A DNA stretch of 63,259 bases, the filler included, from Clostridiaceae bacterium (GTDB lineage Bacteria; Bacillota; Clostridia; CAYPLH01; DUMO01), in assembly GCA_012839865.1 (NCBI GenBank). It is 5 parts of 5 records of this genome, joined end to end, with 100 filler letters (N's around TTAATTAATTAA, not from the genome) between each part and the next. Parts side by side here need not be neighbours in the genome. Positions count along the whole stretch, not along the records: positions 1 to 24,316 come from DUMO01000030.1; positions 24,417 to 48,603 come from DUMO01000033.1; 3 more parts are not named here. One strand, given 5' to 3'. Position 1 is the first letter of the stretch; every line of letters begins with the position of its first letter. This document shows positions 19,202 to 28,232 of the stretch, piece by piece. The notes under the pieces are model-generated. The model ran no database searches. It had not been told where the DNA came from and worked only from the letters and a program-made list of their open reading frames with translations. The translations under genes were made by a program, and so were the position numbers.

Positions 19202-19589
19202 GATAACGAGGTGCAGGAGACATGCTGCGGAATGTAATGGGACATTGACGGTGCGGCGGGGTATCCCTGCATGTTAACTCTCCTCCCCGCTTTTTGAGGG
19301 CGTGGATACAGAGGGGAAGGTGGTTGTTGTCTTTTCAGAAGGTATGGGTACACATCCGCAGAGTTACGGGTATTCCTTTCAAGGAGGAAAAATGTCCCCG
19401 GATGATAAATTTAAAGAGGGTTCACCCCTTAAACCCCATAAGCTGGTAATTTTTTTAGTATCTTTTTATAAAAAAATGTGCACAAAGCAAAAAGCATTTA
19501 ACAAATAGATATAGAGTTACCAGGCATTATATGGTATTATGGGGGCATATATTCGACAATGTTAACTATCATTAATAGGTGGGATATTT

Positions 19590-20651
19590 ATGGCAGATAC
19601 TATATGTCAAGTTGTTGAAAAGTTTTTAAGAAATAAAAGTATAAAATATCGATATAAAAGCGATATGGTTGAAAGATTGTTTAGGGGATATACGGAAAAA
19701 GATGTTAAAAAAAACAAAGATAAAAAACCTAAATCCAACGCATTTGCCTTTTTGTCCCAGAATAAAATTAAAAACATTATTGATAAGACGATCAGCGATT
19801 TAGATGTACAAGAAGCAATTGGTGCTGCAATAAAGGAATCTGTAAAGTCATATACCAGAGACAAGAATATGGCAGTAAATGTATATAAGGATTTTGTCAG
19901 TTTTATCAGGGAAAAATATCAAATAAATATCCCTATTGTATTTCCGCCTACTTTTTTATCAGAATTTGACAGGCAGATGTACATAGTTAAAGAATTGCAT
20001 GAAAAAGGACGAGGTACTGCTTATTTAGAAGACAAACTTTGGTTAAGCGATAGGACTATTGAAGAAGACTTAACCAAATTAAGAAGTAGCGCTGGTGTAT
20101 CTATTATGGGACAGAAGATAACAGTGAAAGGAATTGAGAGACAAAAAGGTAATATAGAATTCCAGTCTACAGTTCATCCAATTTTTCTTGCATTAAACTT
20201 AACCCAGGTTGTTGTGATGCTGCAGGGCTTGCAGCATATGGCTAAAGATGAGGCTTATAGAGAATATGCTTTAAAACTTTCAGCAAGTATCTGGAATGAA
20301 TTATCCGATTATGCTAGAAGAAGGATTAAACAAGTAGCCGATATGCTCTCGATGGATTTGTCGTGGTATGAGGAACTGGATAGTTATAGTAACGAAGAAC
20401 TATTTTCTACTGAGTATGAGTGCTCCTATGAAGAAGGCGCAGGCAATATTCTGGATTTTCTTAAAAACGGCAAGGGATGTGCAATTGAATTTGAGGGCAA
20501 CGATGGGAAAAGCAAGATCCTAACTAATTGTATTATCAGGAAATATAATTGGGATAGACAAGAAATAGAGGTCAGTTCAAATGGTGAACAATATACGATA
20601 AGCTTAGCTACCATTGTTAAAACAAGACATGAAGCTAAACACTTATATTGA
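19590..20651 (+). CDS. HTH regulator with degenerate WYL/PafC-like architecture and extra N-terminal domain
   Basis: LWLSDRTIEEDLTKL HTH, HPIFLALNLTQVVVMLQGL linker, C-terminal beta-rich domain lacking canonical WYL residues. Confidence 0.55.
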   Translation: MADTICQVVEKFLRNKSIKYRYKSDMVERLFRGYTEKDVKKNKDKKPKSNAFAFLSQNKIKNIIDKTISDLDVQEAIGAAIKESVKSYTRDKNMAVNVYKDFVSFIREKYQINIPIVFPPTFLSEFDRQMYIVKELHEKGRGTAYLEDKLWLSDRTIEEDLTKLRSSAGVSIMGQKITVKGIERQKGNIEFQSTVHPIFLALNLTQVVVMLQGLQHMAKDEAYREYALKLSASIWNELSDYARRRIKQVADMLSMDLSWYEELDSYSNEELFSTEYECSYEEGAGNILDFLKNGKGCAIEFEGNDGKSKILTNCIIRKYNWDRQEIEVSSNGEQYTISLATIVKTRHEAKHLY

Positions 20652-20659
20652 TTATTAAG

Positions 20660-20676
20660 ATGAAGCTCAGCTTCAT
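20660..20676. promoter_or_regulatory. Perfect 17-bp palindrome, candidate operator
   Basis: ATGAAGCT-C-AGCTTCAT between the regulator and the GGCT genes. Confidence 0.4.
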
Positions 20677-20802
20677 AGCTCTTTTCTTATTATGGCGGTA
20701 GAATATCCTTAAAGGAATACGAGAGAGATGCTACCAAAGAGAAAAGGGCTTTTTCTTTGGCATTGCGCATTCTCTACGTAGAAAAGGAAAGGAGGGTTAA
20801 CA

Positions 20803-21255
20803 GTGGCAACATATAAAAATGAATTAATAAATAGCGAGACTCATTTAAACAAGGTATTCGTATATGGAACACTAATGAAAAATTTTTGGAATCATAAAAG
20901 ATACCTTGAAGGTCGGATAAGCCGCATAACGCCAGGGAAAACATATGGACTGCTTTACCATCTGCCTGAAGGTTATCCAGCTTTGTTAGCAGGAAATGAA
21001 ATAATTAAAGGTGAAGTCATAGAACCTGTTGATGAGAATCTTTTGAAATCTCTGGACAGGTTGGAGGGCTATGTTGAAGGGAGAAGCAATAATCTATACG
21101 TGAGAGATATAAAGAACATATTGACAGAGGACGGGGAAGAGATGATCTGTTGGGTATATATCTACACAGATGAGAGATATGCGCAAGAAAATGGAATCCT
21201 GGTGCCAAATGGAAACTGGAGAAAGTTCATGGAAAATAGAGGGGAATTGATATGA
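20803..21255 (+). CDS. Gamma-glutamylcyclotransferase-fold protein (AIG2/GGACT/YtfP-like)
   Basis: VFVYGTL, GYPAL, IKGEV, LDRLEG (catalytic Glu), CWVYIY; RBS AAGGAGG, GTG start. Confidence 0.9.
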   Translation: MATYKNELINSETHLNKVFVYGTLMKNFWNHKRYLEGRISRITPGKTYGLLYHLPEGYPALLAGNEIIKGEVIEPVDENLLKSLDRLEGYVEGRSNNLYVRDIKNILTEDGEEMICWVYIYTDERYAQENGILVPNGNWRKFMENRGELI

Positions 21256-22037
21256 GTAAAAAGTATTTTGCTTATGGAAGTTGTATAAATGTTGAGTCAT
21301 TCAAGGATACTATGAGAAATGCAGGCTGTGAAGACAAATTTCATATTTGTGGGGTTGGTATACTCAATGGCTACCGGCTGGCTTTCACAAGGTTTTCTAG
21401 TAAATGGGGAGGAGGCGTTTTAGATATAATAGAATCGCCTGGGGATTATGTTTTAGGTGTGGTTTATGAGATTACGGAACAGGCAGTATCAGCAATAGAT
21501 GCAAGAGAGGGTGCTCCTAATTGTTACAGGAGAATAGATGATATTAAAGTTGAATTGGGATATGAACAGGTAGAGGTATTTACATACATGGTAGTTGATA
21601 AGCAAATGGGTGAAATCCAACCTGCAGTAGAATATTTCGATGTGGTATACAAAGGCATGGAGCATCGTTTCCCTTTAGAATATGTAAATAAATATTTAAT
21701 CGATCACTGCAAAAACCGATTTGGAATGTGCTGTGTGAAAACTCGGCAGAACAAGTTGTATCATGACTACGAGAGGCCAAGAACTGAGTTTATGAGAGTA
21801 AATCCTGAGTTTTATGAACTTTTGAAACAGATGACATTATTTTTCGGAGATGATAATGAAAGGGTTGAAACAGTACAGCCAACTCCGAAAATGTTCCGAT
21901 TGCTGACAAAGTGTGCAGAAGCTGCAGCAAGGGGCGAGTTGGATTTTGACCACATAATTCCAAGGGGAATGTATAACCGGCTGGCTAGTGAGTTTCAGAG
22001 GATTAGTGGTGTGAGGGTCAAACGTTTAATGGATTAA
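21252..22037 (+). CDS. GGCT-family protein with about 110-aa C-terminal extension
   Basis: YFAYGS, GYRLAF, GGVLDI, VLGVVYEI, IDAREG; ATGA overlap with the upstream gene. Confidence 0.88.
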   Translation: MSKKYFAYGSCINVESFKDTMRNAGCEDKFHICGVGILNGYRLAFTRFSSKWGGGVLDIIESPGDYVLGVVYEITEQAVSAIDAREGAPNCYRRIDDIKVELGYEQVEVFTYMVVDKQMGEIQPAVEYFDVVYKGMEHRFPLEYVNKYLIDHCKNRFGMCCVKTRQNKLYHDYERPRTEFMRVNPEFYELLKQMTLFFGDDNERVETVQPTPKMFRLLTKCAEAAARGELDFDHIIPRGMYNRLASEFQRISGVRVKRLMD

Positions 22038-22173
22038 TAAACATCGATAGAGATATTCCCTAAAAAAATATCATAGATGCTGTGGTTACGCTAATAATAC
22101 TACATTAAGTAAATATATTACTTTTATACTCTCAAAACATGTGGAAGCCGTGGTATCGCTTAAAAGAAAACAC

Positions 22174-22210
22174 AACCGATAAAGCCTTGCGCAGCAAGGC
22201 TTTATCGGTT
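22174..22210. repeat. Perfect 17-bp inverted repeat (terminator or element-end hairpin)
   Basis: AACCGATAAAGCCTTGC-gca-GCAAGGCTTTATCGGTT followed by TTT. Confidence 0.8.
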
Positions 22211-22242
22211 TTTGTAAGGAATTGGATATGTTTCCTCCCTGC

Positions 22243-22579
22243 TGCCGCGTGAGCACCGACACCGAAAAACTGCTTTCCAGCTACGAGACACAGGTTACCT
22301 ATTATGAGGATTACATCAAAAAGCGCCCGGGTTGCGAGTTTGCAGGTATATATACCGATGAGGGAATCACAGGTACATATACAAAGAACCATACCCAGTT
22401 TAACCGGATGATAGAGGATTGCAAGGCCGGCAGGATTGATATGATTATTACAAAGTCAATTTCAAGGTTTGCGAGAAACACTTTGGATTGCCTTAAATAT
22501 GTGCGGCTGCTAAGCGAAGCATAAACAAGGGGCATGTCCAGCAATATTATGTGGAAAACAGCCACCCACCGATTATATC
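22243..22579 (+). pseudogene. Large serine recombinase remnant (catalytic domain joined to a recombinase-domain fragment)
   Basis: CRVSTD, IYTDEGITGT, TKSISRFARN, then in another frame NKGHVQQYYVENSHPPII (22524-22580). Confidence 0.85.
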
Positions 22580-22698
22580 ATTGATATAATTCACAAATAC
22601 ACAAAAGAAGGAGAATAGAAAATGGAATCAAGCCGGTGATAGACATCAGGAACTGTTGGAAGGATGGTGAAGAAACATGGCAGTTATCGGGATTTGAG
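22580..22698 (+). mobile_element. Collapsed second copy of the 18177 IS
   Basis: 22580-22609 matches 18133-18162 exactly; 22610-22698 matches 18663-18751 with one mismatch. Confidence 0.85.
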
Positions 22699-22722
22699 CA
22701 AAAAGCATAATCAAAATAAGTA

Positions 22723-23034
22723 TTGACTACTTGTAATTATTATGTTACGGATTACCTTGTAAAAGATGTTATCGATAAAGTTGATCAGTGCCCTGGTGTT
22801 CCTTGTGAGTCAGGGCCATTTTACATTAATGATGTATTTTCTTTAATGATTTGTATAAAAGAATTATTGCCGCACAATAGAACAGCTGAATTTTCTGAGA
22901 TGGTAGGAATAATAGACGGACAGTTGAAAAAACTCAGTTCCAAAATCCATACTATCAACATCAATGATACTTAACATATCATGGGATTTCCAGAGAATTG
23001 GAAAGAGGTTGAATTGTCTAAAATCCAGGAATAA
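22723..23034 (+). pseudogene. C-terminal remnant of an Abi-family (AbiD/AbiF-like) protein with in-frame TAA at 22972
   Basis: Frame continues past the stop as HIMGFPENWKEVELSKIQE*; terminal MGFPxxW is characteristic of this family. Confidence 0.5.
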
Positions 23035-23110
23035 AAAGTTATTAATTTAGTCCGGACTGGTGCTATAATAGGCACTCGTTTTTTTGTCCCAAAATTGGAG
23101 GTGAACCCAT

Positions 23111-23992
23111 ATGGCAATAGACCCGGCTACCGCAAAGATACTTGCACAATTAGCCTTAAAGGCAGCTGCTGGTGAGGAAGCACGGAAAAGAATCATTATG
23201 ATTGCACTGATACCGGTAATATCGGTGCTTTTAATTCTGACCATGTTTGTGTATATCATTACGCATCCACTGGACTATTTAAGTACAATATTTACCGGCA
23301 ATGAACTTGCCCGGGTAACACAACTGCATGACAGTTTTTCTCTTGACCAGACCATTGACATAAATGATGCGAGCTACAGGGAAAGCACCGGCATTGATTA
23401 TTCAGGAGTAACCTTTTCGGATGGAGCTATCGATGTAATATATTTCAATCAGGCTGACAAAAGATGGGCAGATAAGCCTTATGGGAAGACCGGAACCATT
23501 GGTACAAGCGGCTGTGGGCCGACATCACTGGCAATGGTGGTTTCAAGCCTACTGGGACATTCCCCAGAGAAGATGACCGGCCATAGCGGAGGAGTGTCTC
23601 CTTACCCGGTTGTTGATCCGGTTCAAATAAGTAATTGGGCATATGAAAACGGCTACCGCTGTGAGGGGAATGGTTCATACCATAGTCTCATTCCTGACGG
23701 AGCAGGGCATTTCGGATTAAAAGCGGAGGGCTGTACTGCAAATGAGCCACAGAGAATTGTCGATGCTCTGGCGAACGGAAAACTTGTTGTTGCCATTATG
23801 GGAAAGGGCCATTTCACAAAATCTGGGCACTTTATTGTGTTAAGAGGGGTTACAGGCAAAGGCAAAATCCTTGTTGCAGATCCTATCAGCAAGAGCCGAA
23901 GCGAACAGGAGTGGGATTTATCTTTAATTTTGAATGAAGCATGCAAACAGGCGGGCTCAGGAGGACCTTTCTGGATAATAGGAAAATCGTGA
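23111..23992 (+). CDS. Membrane-anchored C39-like peptidase (cell-wall hydrolase of the transfer system)
   Basis: Q.DKRW, GCGPTSLAMV (Cys), GHFIVL (His), VADP (Asp); N-terminal TM. Confidence 0.85.
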   Translation: MAIDPATAKILAQLALKAAAGEEARKRIIMIALIPVISVLLILTMFVYIITHPLDYLSTIFTGNELARVTQLHDSFSLDQTIDINDASYRESTGIDYSGVTFSDGAIDVIYFNQADKRWADKPYGKTGTIGTSGCGPTSLAMVVSSLLGHSPEKMTGHSGGVSPYPVVDPVQISNWAYENGYRCEGNGSYHSLIPDGAGHFGLKAEGCTANEPQRIVDALANGKLVVAIMGKGHFTKSGHFIVLRGVTGKGKILVADPISKSRSEQEWDLSLILNEACKQAGSGGPFWIIGKS

Positions 23993-24127
23993 TATGCGTC
24001 GGATTACTGTGTCAGCCTTCGCCTCAAAAATGCTCACATATCCTTATATATGCTCCGCTTTTTGAGGCTCGGACTTCCTTGTACTCCTCGCATCTGACGA
24101 TTTTCCATGTGTGGATGGAGGGAAAAG

Positions 24128-24307
24128 ATGAAAAAGAAGATCATTATTGAACTGTTTATCTATATCATCATTGTTATAGTCGGCATAGCTTTGTTGATTA
24201 CCAGCAAGCCGGAGAAGAAGCCGATAAAAATCAACTCGGATTTTAAAGTTGGAGAGCAAAGGGGGTACAGCCGTGATTCTGTATTTATGCAGCAATCAGA
24301 ACATTAA
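24128..24307 (+). CDS. Small single-TM protein (59 aa)
   Basis: RBS GGAGGG, MKKK plus hydrophobic stretch. Confidence 0.55.
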   Translation: MKKKIIIELFIYIIIVIVGIALLITSKPEKKPIKINSDFKVGEQRGYSRDSVFMQQSEH

Positions 24308-24316
24308 CCTTTTTGA

Positions 24317-24416
24317 NNNNNNNNNNNNNNNNNNNNNNNNNNNNNNNNNNNNNNNNNNNNTTAATTAATTAANNNNNNNNNNNNNNNNNNNNNNNNNNNN
24401 NNNNNNNNNNNNNNNN
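24317..24416. other. Artificial contig spacer
   Basis: N44-TTAATTAATTAA-N44 (stops in all six frames). Confidence 0.98.
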
Positions 24417-24659
24417 ACAATACACTCCTGGGCTTTCTATCAGTTGCAGGAATACATAAAGCAAAAAGCAATGAAATATGGGATACCTGTAGTAATAGTA
24501 GATGCAAAATATACAAGCCAAAGATGTTTCAAATGCAATCACACTGAAAAAGGAAACAGAAACAAAGACAAATTTGTATGCAAAAAATGTGGTCACAAAA
24601 GTCATGCAGATTTAAATGCCAGCAGAAACATAGCAATAAGCACAAGCCTGGCGGTGTAG
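24417..24659 (+). CDS. tnpB: TnpB (IS200/IS605), 3' fragment
   Basis: IHSWAFYQL, YTSQRCFKC, FVCKKCG, HADLNASRNI (RuvC-III plus zinc ribbon); cut by the contig start. Confidence 0.93.
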   Translation, partial: TIHSWAFYQLQEYIKQKAMKYGIPVVIVDAKYTSQRCFKCNHTEKGNRNKDKFVCKKCGHKSHADLNASRNIAISTSLAV

Positions 24660-24853
24660 GTTCTAACAGAGCTGACAGACCAGGTGCCCATGGGGTAAAA
24701 TCTCACATGGGAGGATAGAGTGGCACTATCTATGGTTTCATTGAAGAAGGTGGGTCGGAAACGGAACAACTGGAGATAGTCTCCTCCACCAGAGATAGAG
24801 ACCACCGAACTTCCACAGGGAAGCTCCTCAATTCATTGAGGAGAGGATGTCAC
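24660..24853 (+). ncRNA. IS200/IS605 right end and candidate omega-RNA scaffold
   Basis: GAAG-CTCCTCAA-TTCA-TTGAGGAG subterminal hairpin, ends TCAC at 24850-24853, directly after tnpB. Confidence 0.75.
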
Positions 24854-25133
24854 AACAATAAAGGAACAAAAGTGTTGGAAATTCCCGGTGATGAAATAAG
24901 CAGTTGTCTTAATGACACAGCATTGATTGTTTGATTAAAAGGAACAAAACACAAACTACCAGGCAGGATTTTATTTCAGTTATTGCGGGTAGATTTTATA
25001 ATGAAAGTGCATCCTTTTTTGATTCCCTGCGGTTAAAAAAAAGTGCTGAAGGTAGTGTAGCTCATGCACTTCAATCGGTAGAGGTATCCGATTACATTAG
25101 AAAAAATATGGCTGAATACAGGAGGCGGTAGAT

Positions 25134-25262
25134 ATGCCAAAATATTTAATACCAACACCCAAGAAGGTTGAAATGGGTGCGGGGAGTTTTTCCAATAAAG
25201 AATGCATGATTTTTTATACCCCGGGAACCGAGAAAGTAGTTAATAGAATAATTAGTGAATAG
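25134..25262 (+). pseudogene. Truncated gene start resembling a GH20-type N-terminal domain
   Basis: Strong RBS AGGAGG, MPKYLIPTPKKVEMGAGSF, then TAG after 42 codons. Confidence 0.3.
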
Positions 25263-25491
25263 AAGGTTAGTCTGAAAAGTAAAGAAATAGAAGGAAATAT
25301 ACCGCTTATTCAGATAAGCAAAGAGTATCAGCAAACAGAAGTGCATGTGAAAACTGTTGAAAATAACTTTAAAATATTTAAGCTCTTCGGCTCTCTTTTA
25401 TTTGCGATAAAACACGTCTACCCGCAATATCGGCTTCTTTTTTATTTGTTGCCAAGCACATCCCAACCGTATATCGCTTTTTCTATTAAAC

Positions 25492-26904
25492 TCAAATATC
25501 GTTTTCCCACTCCTGGCTGATTTCCTTATACTTTGAAAGCTTCTCCCTGAAAATGCCTTTAATCTTTCTCATATCCTCCCCGGTCTTGCCCTCAAAAATA
25601 AGAACCAGTTCGGGAAGATTCGATGATGCCCTTACAAGTCCCCACCCGTTGTCAAAAGTAACACGGGCACCGTTGATATCATTAACCCTGTCCTTGAATT
25701 CCGCTTTGAAATCTTCAACAATTCTGTCCACTACACCATATTTTACATTATCCGGACAATGGGCTTTTATCTCCGGTGAAGTCACATAATGTGGAAAATC
25801 CTTTAATAGCTCTCTAATCGGCTTCCCTGCGTGGGAAAGGTATTCCACCAGTTTGGCAGCTGCAAACAAAGCGTCGTCGAAACCATAGTAGTCGTCACCA
25901 CCGATGAAAATATGGCCGCTTCGTTCACCTGCCAAGTCCGCCTGTGCCCCATGCAACTTGGCCTTTATATGTGAGTGGCCCGTTTTCCACATGATAGGCT
26001 GCCCGCCATGGGCTTCAATGTCATCCACCAATGCCTGTGAGCATTTTACGTCAAATACAATCTTTGCACCCTTCTTCTTTTCAAGAAGCTGGCGCGCAAG
26101 TATCATAAGTATTCTGTCGCTCCATATGTTTTCACCTGTATGGTCGATTACTCCTATCCTGTCACCGTCCCCGTCAAAGGCAATTCCGATATCTGCATGG
26201 ATATACGGATGCACCACCATGTCAACAAGTCTCTTTCTTGCATTAAGATCCGACGGGTTTGGAAAATAGTGCGGGTAACTTGTGTCAGGGTCGCAGTTTA
26301 ACTGAAATGTCATGCATCCCAGCCTCTGGAATATCTCATATGCAAATATTCCTGCCCCTCCGTTTCCTGCATCTATCACCACCCGGGGGGCATTTTCCCT
26401 GTTCATTTTGATTCTGCTTACCACGGATTCAATATAGGCATCTCTTACATCGACTTCTTTTACGCTGCCCTTTCCATTTACAAAATCTTTATTTTCAATT
26501 ATACTGTAAAGTTCCTTAATTTCGTCAGGTCCCAGGGTTTTGGAAAAATCATGCCCGAGTTTAAAACCACACCACCCGTCAGGGTTATGGCTTGCGGTAA
26601 TCATAACCGCACCCTTTGAATTAAGATGGTATTGGGCAAAATATGTCACCGGGCTTAAAGACAACCCTGTATAAAACACTTCCATCCCGCTGGAAACCAG
26701 GCTGTCCACGGCACTCTTGGCAAAGGCGGGGGAATATCTTCTGTTGTCATAGCCTACAACCACCCTGTTGATTCCTCTTTTTGCCAAAAAAGAAGCGAAT
26801 CCTTTAACTATTAAAGAAACGCTTTCTTCATTCAGTTCCTCATCATTCACTCTGCCCCTTATATCATATTCTCTGAACATGCTCCTGAATGCTTCACTGA
26901 ACAT
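25492..26904 (-). CDS. Phosphomannomutase/phosphoglucomutase
   Basis: FREYDIRG, ITASHNP, FDGDGDR, GERSGH. Confidence 0.95.
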   Translation of the reverse strand: MFSEAFRSMFREYDIRGRVNDEELNEESVSLIVKGFASFLAKRGINRVVVGYDNRRYSPAFAKSAVDSLVSSGMEVFYTGLSLSPVTYFAQYHLNSKGAVMITASHNPDGWCGFKLGHDFSKTLGPDEIKELYSIIENKDFVNGKGSVKEVDVRDAYIESVVSRIKMNRENAPRVVIDAGNGGAGIFAYEIFQRLGCMTFQLNCDPDTSYPHYFPNPSDLNARKRLVDMVVHPYIHADIGIAFDGDGDRIGVIDHTGENIWSDRILMILARQLLEKKKGAKIVFDVKCSQALVDDIEAHGGQPIMWKTGHSHIKAKLHGAQADLAGERSGHIFIGGDDYYGFDDALFAAAKLVEYLSHAGKPIRELLKDFPHYVTSPEIKAHCPDNVKYGVVDRIVEDFKAEFKDRVNDINGARVTFDNGWGLVRASSNLPELVLIFEGKTGEDMRKIKGIFREKLSKYKEISQEWENDI

Positions 26905-26923
26905 TTAGTTTCCTCCTTTGTAG

Positions 26924-28219
26924 TCATGATACAGATTCCCTTTTTACACGAGGTTTTCTGCTTCCTGTTTTTCTTATGGACTTTTTGTTTTCATTAATGA
27001 CAAGCTCGGGTGGCTTTTTCTCGGTTATACATTCCTTGTGGATTATGCATTTTTCTATGTTGGTAGCTGAAGGTATTTCATACATGACATCAAGCATAAC
27101 CTCTTCAATAATAGCTCTCAAGCCCCTTGCACCTGTGTCGCGCTGGATGGCCTTTTCTGCAATGGCTTCCAAAGCATCATCGTCAAATTCAAGTATGCAG
27201 TCATCCATTTCAAAAAGCTTCTTATATTGCTTTACAAGAGCATTTTTAGGCTCTTTAAGTATTCTTATAAGTGCTTCCTTGTCAAGAGAATGCAATGAAA
27301 CCAAAATCGGTATTCTTCCTACAAATTCCGGAATAAGTCCATACTTCAAAAGGTCCTGGGGCACAATCTCCTTCAGAATATCACCAATCTTCCTGTCCTT
27401 CTCGGATTCTATCTTTGCTCCAAAGCCCATGGACTTCTTTCCGATTCGATTCTGAATAATCTTGTCAATGCCGTCAAAGGCTCCCCCACATATAAACAAT
27501 ATGTTGGTAGTGTCAATCTGTATAAATTCCTGATGGGGATGCTTTCTGCCACCCTGGGGCGGAACCGACGCAATTGTACCCTCAAGTATTTTAAGCAATG
27601 CCTGTTGAACACCCTCACCGCTTACATCCCTGGTGATTGATGGGTTGTCGGACTTTCTTGCGATTTTGTCTACTTCATCAATATAAATAATGCCCTTCTC
27701 AGCTCTTTCAATATCATAATCCGCAGCCTGTATCAGTTTTAGGAGAATGTTCTCTACGTCCTCACCGACATAACCTGCCTCTGTCAGGGATGTTGCATCC
27801 GCAATGGCAAAAGGAACATTGAGAATCCTGGACAATGTCTGAGCCAAGAGTGTTTTACCGGAACCGGTGGGCCCCAGCAGGCATATATTGCTTTTTTGCA
27901 ACTCTATATCATCTGTATTAATGCTGGAATTTATTCTTTTATAATGATTATAAACAGCAACGGATAGAGTTTTCTTTGCTTGCTCCTGTCCAATTACATA
28001 CTGGTCAAGAATTTCCTTGATTTCATTAGGCTTGGGAATATCGCTTATTTCAGTATCAAATTTCGCTTCTTCAAACTCTTCCTCGATTATTTCAGAACAC
28101 AACTCAATACATTCATCACATATATATACTCCCGGGCCTGCTACCAGCCTTTTGACCTGCTCCTGGTTTTTCCCGCAAAAAGAACACTTCAGCTGTTTCT
28201 TTTCATCATATCTGGACAT
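26924..28219 (-). CDS. clpX: ATP-dependent Clp protease ATP-binding subunit ClpX
   Basis: CSFCGK zinc finger, [28 protein letters not shown]. Confidence 0.98.
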   Translation of the reverse strand: MSRYDEKKQLKCSFCGKNQEQVKRLVAGPGVYICDECIELCSEIIEEEFEEAKFDTEISDIPKPNEIKEILDQYVIGQEQAKKTLSVAVYNHYKRINSSINTDDIELQKSNICLLGPTGSGKTLLAQTLSRILNVPFAIADATSLTEAGYVGEDVENILLKLIQAADYDIERAEKGIIYIDEVDKIARKSDNPSITRDVSGEGVQQALLKILEGTIASVPPQGGRKHPHQEFIQIDTTNILFICGGAFDGIDKIIQNRIGKKSMGFGAKIESEKDRKIGDILKEIVPQDLLKYGLIPEFVGRIPILVSLHSLDKEALIRILKEPKNALVKQYKKLFEMDDCILEFDDDALEAIAEKAIQRDTGARGLRAIIEEVMLDVMYEIPSATNIEKCIIHKECITEKKPPELVINENKKSIRKTGSRKPRVKRESVS

Positions 28220-28232
28220 CTCTTCACCTCAT

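Larger units (their letters stand above)
150..24316 (+). mobile_element. Conjugative element (ICE or plasmid) transfer region: Tad/Flp pilus plus VirB3/B4/B6-like module with cargo insertions; boundaries not in window
   Basis: Co-oriented prepilin peptidase, TrbL/VirB6-like, CpaB, CpaF, TadB, TadC, pseudopilins, VirB4, C39 hydrolase; RadC, TA pair and IS as cargo. Confidence 0.85.

Noticed and set aside
21945..21970. DHIIP motif suggesting an HNH nuclease in the GGCT extension
   Set aside because: The downstream Asn/His and Cys residues of HNH domains are absent.
24361..24372. TTAATTAATTAA palindrome, four copies in the window
   Set aside because: Artificial six-frame-stop linker; ORFs containing X runs are artefacts.
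24660..24853. IStron (group I intron-IS hybrid)
   Set aside because: The element ends TCAC rather than in the terminal G needed for splicing, and no intron core is visible.
24931..24950. TTGAT followed by AAAGGAACAAAA as a self-target of the TnpB guide
   Set aside because: The match omits the TAM-proximal seed (AACAAT); low-complexity A-rich coincidence.
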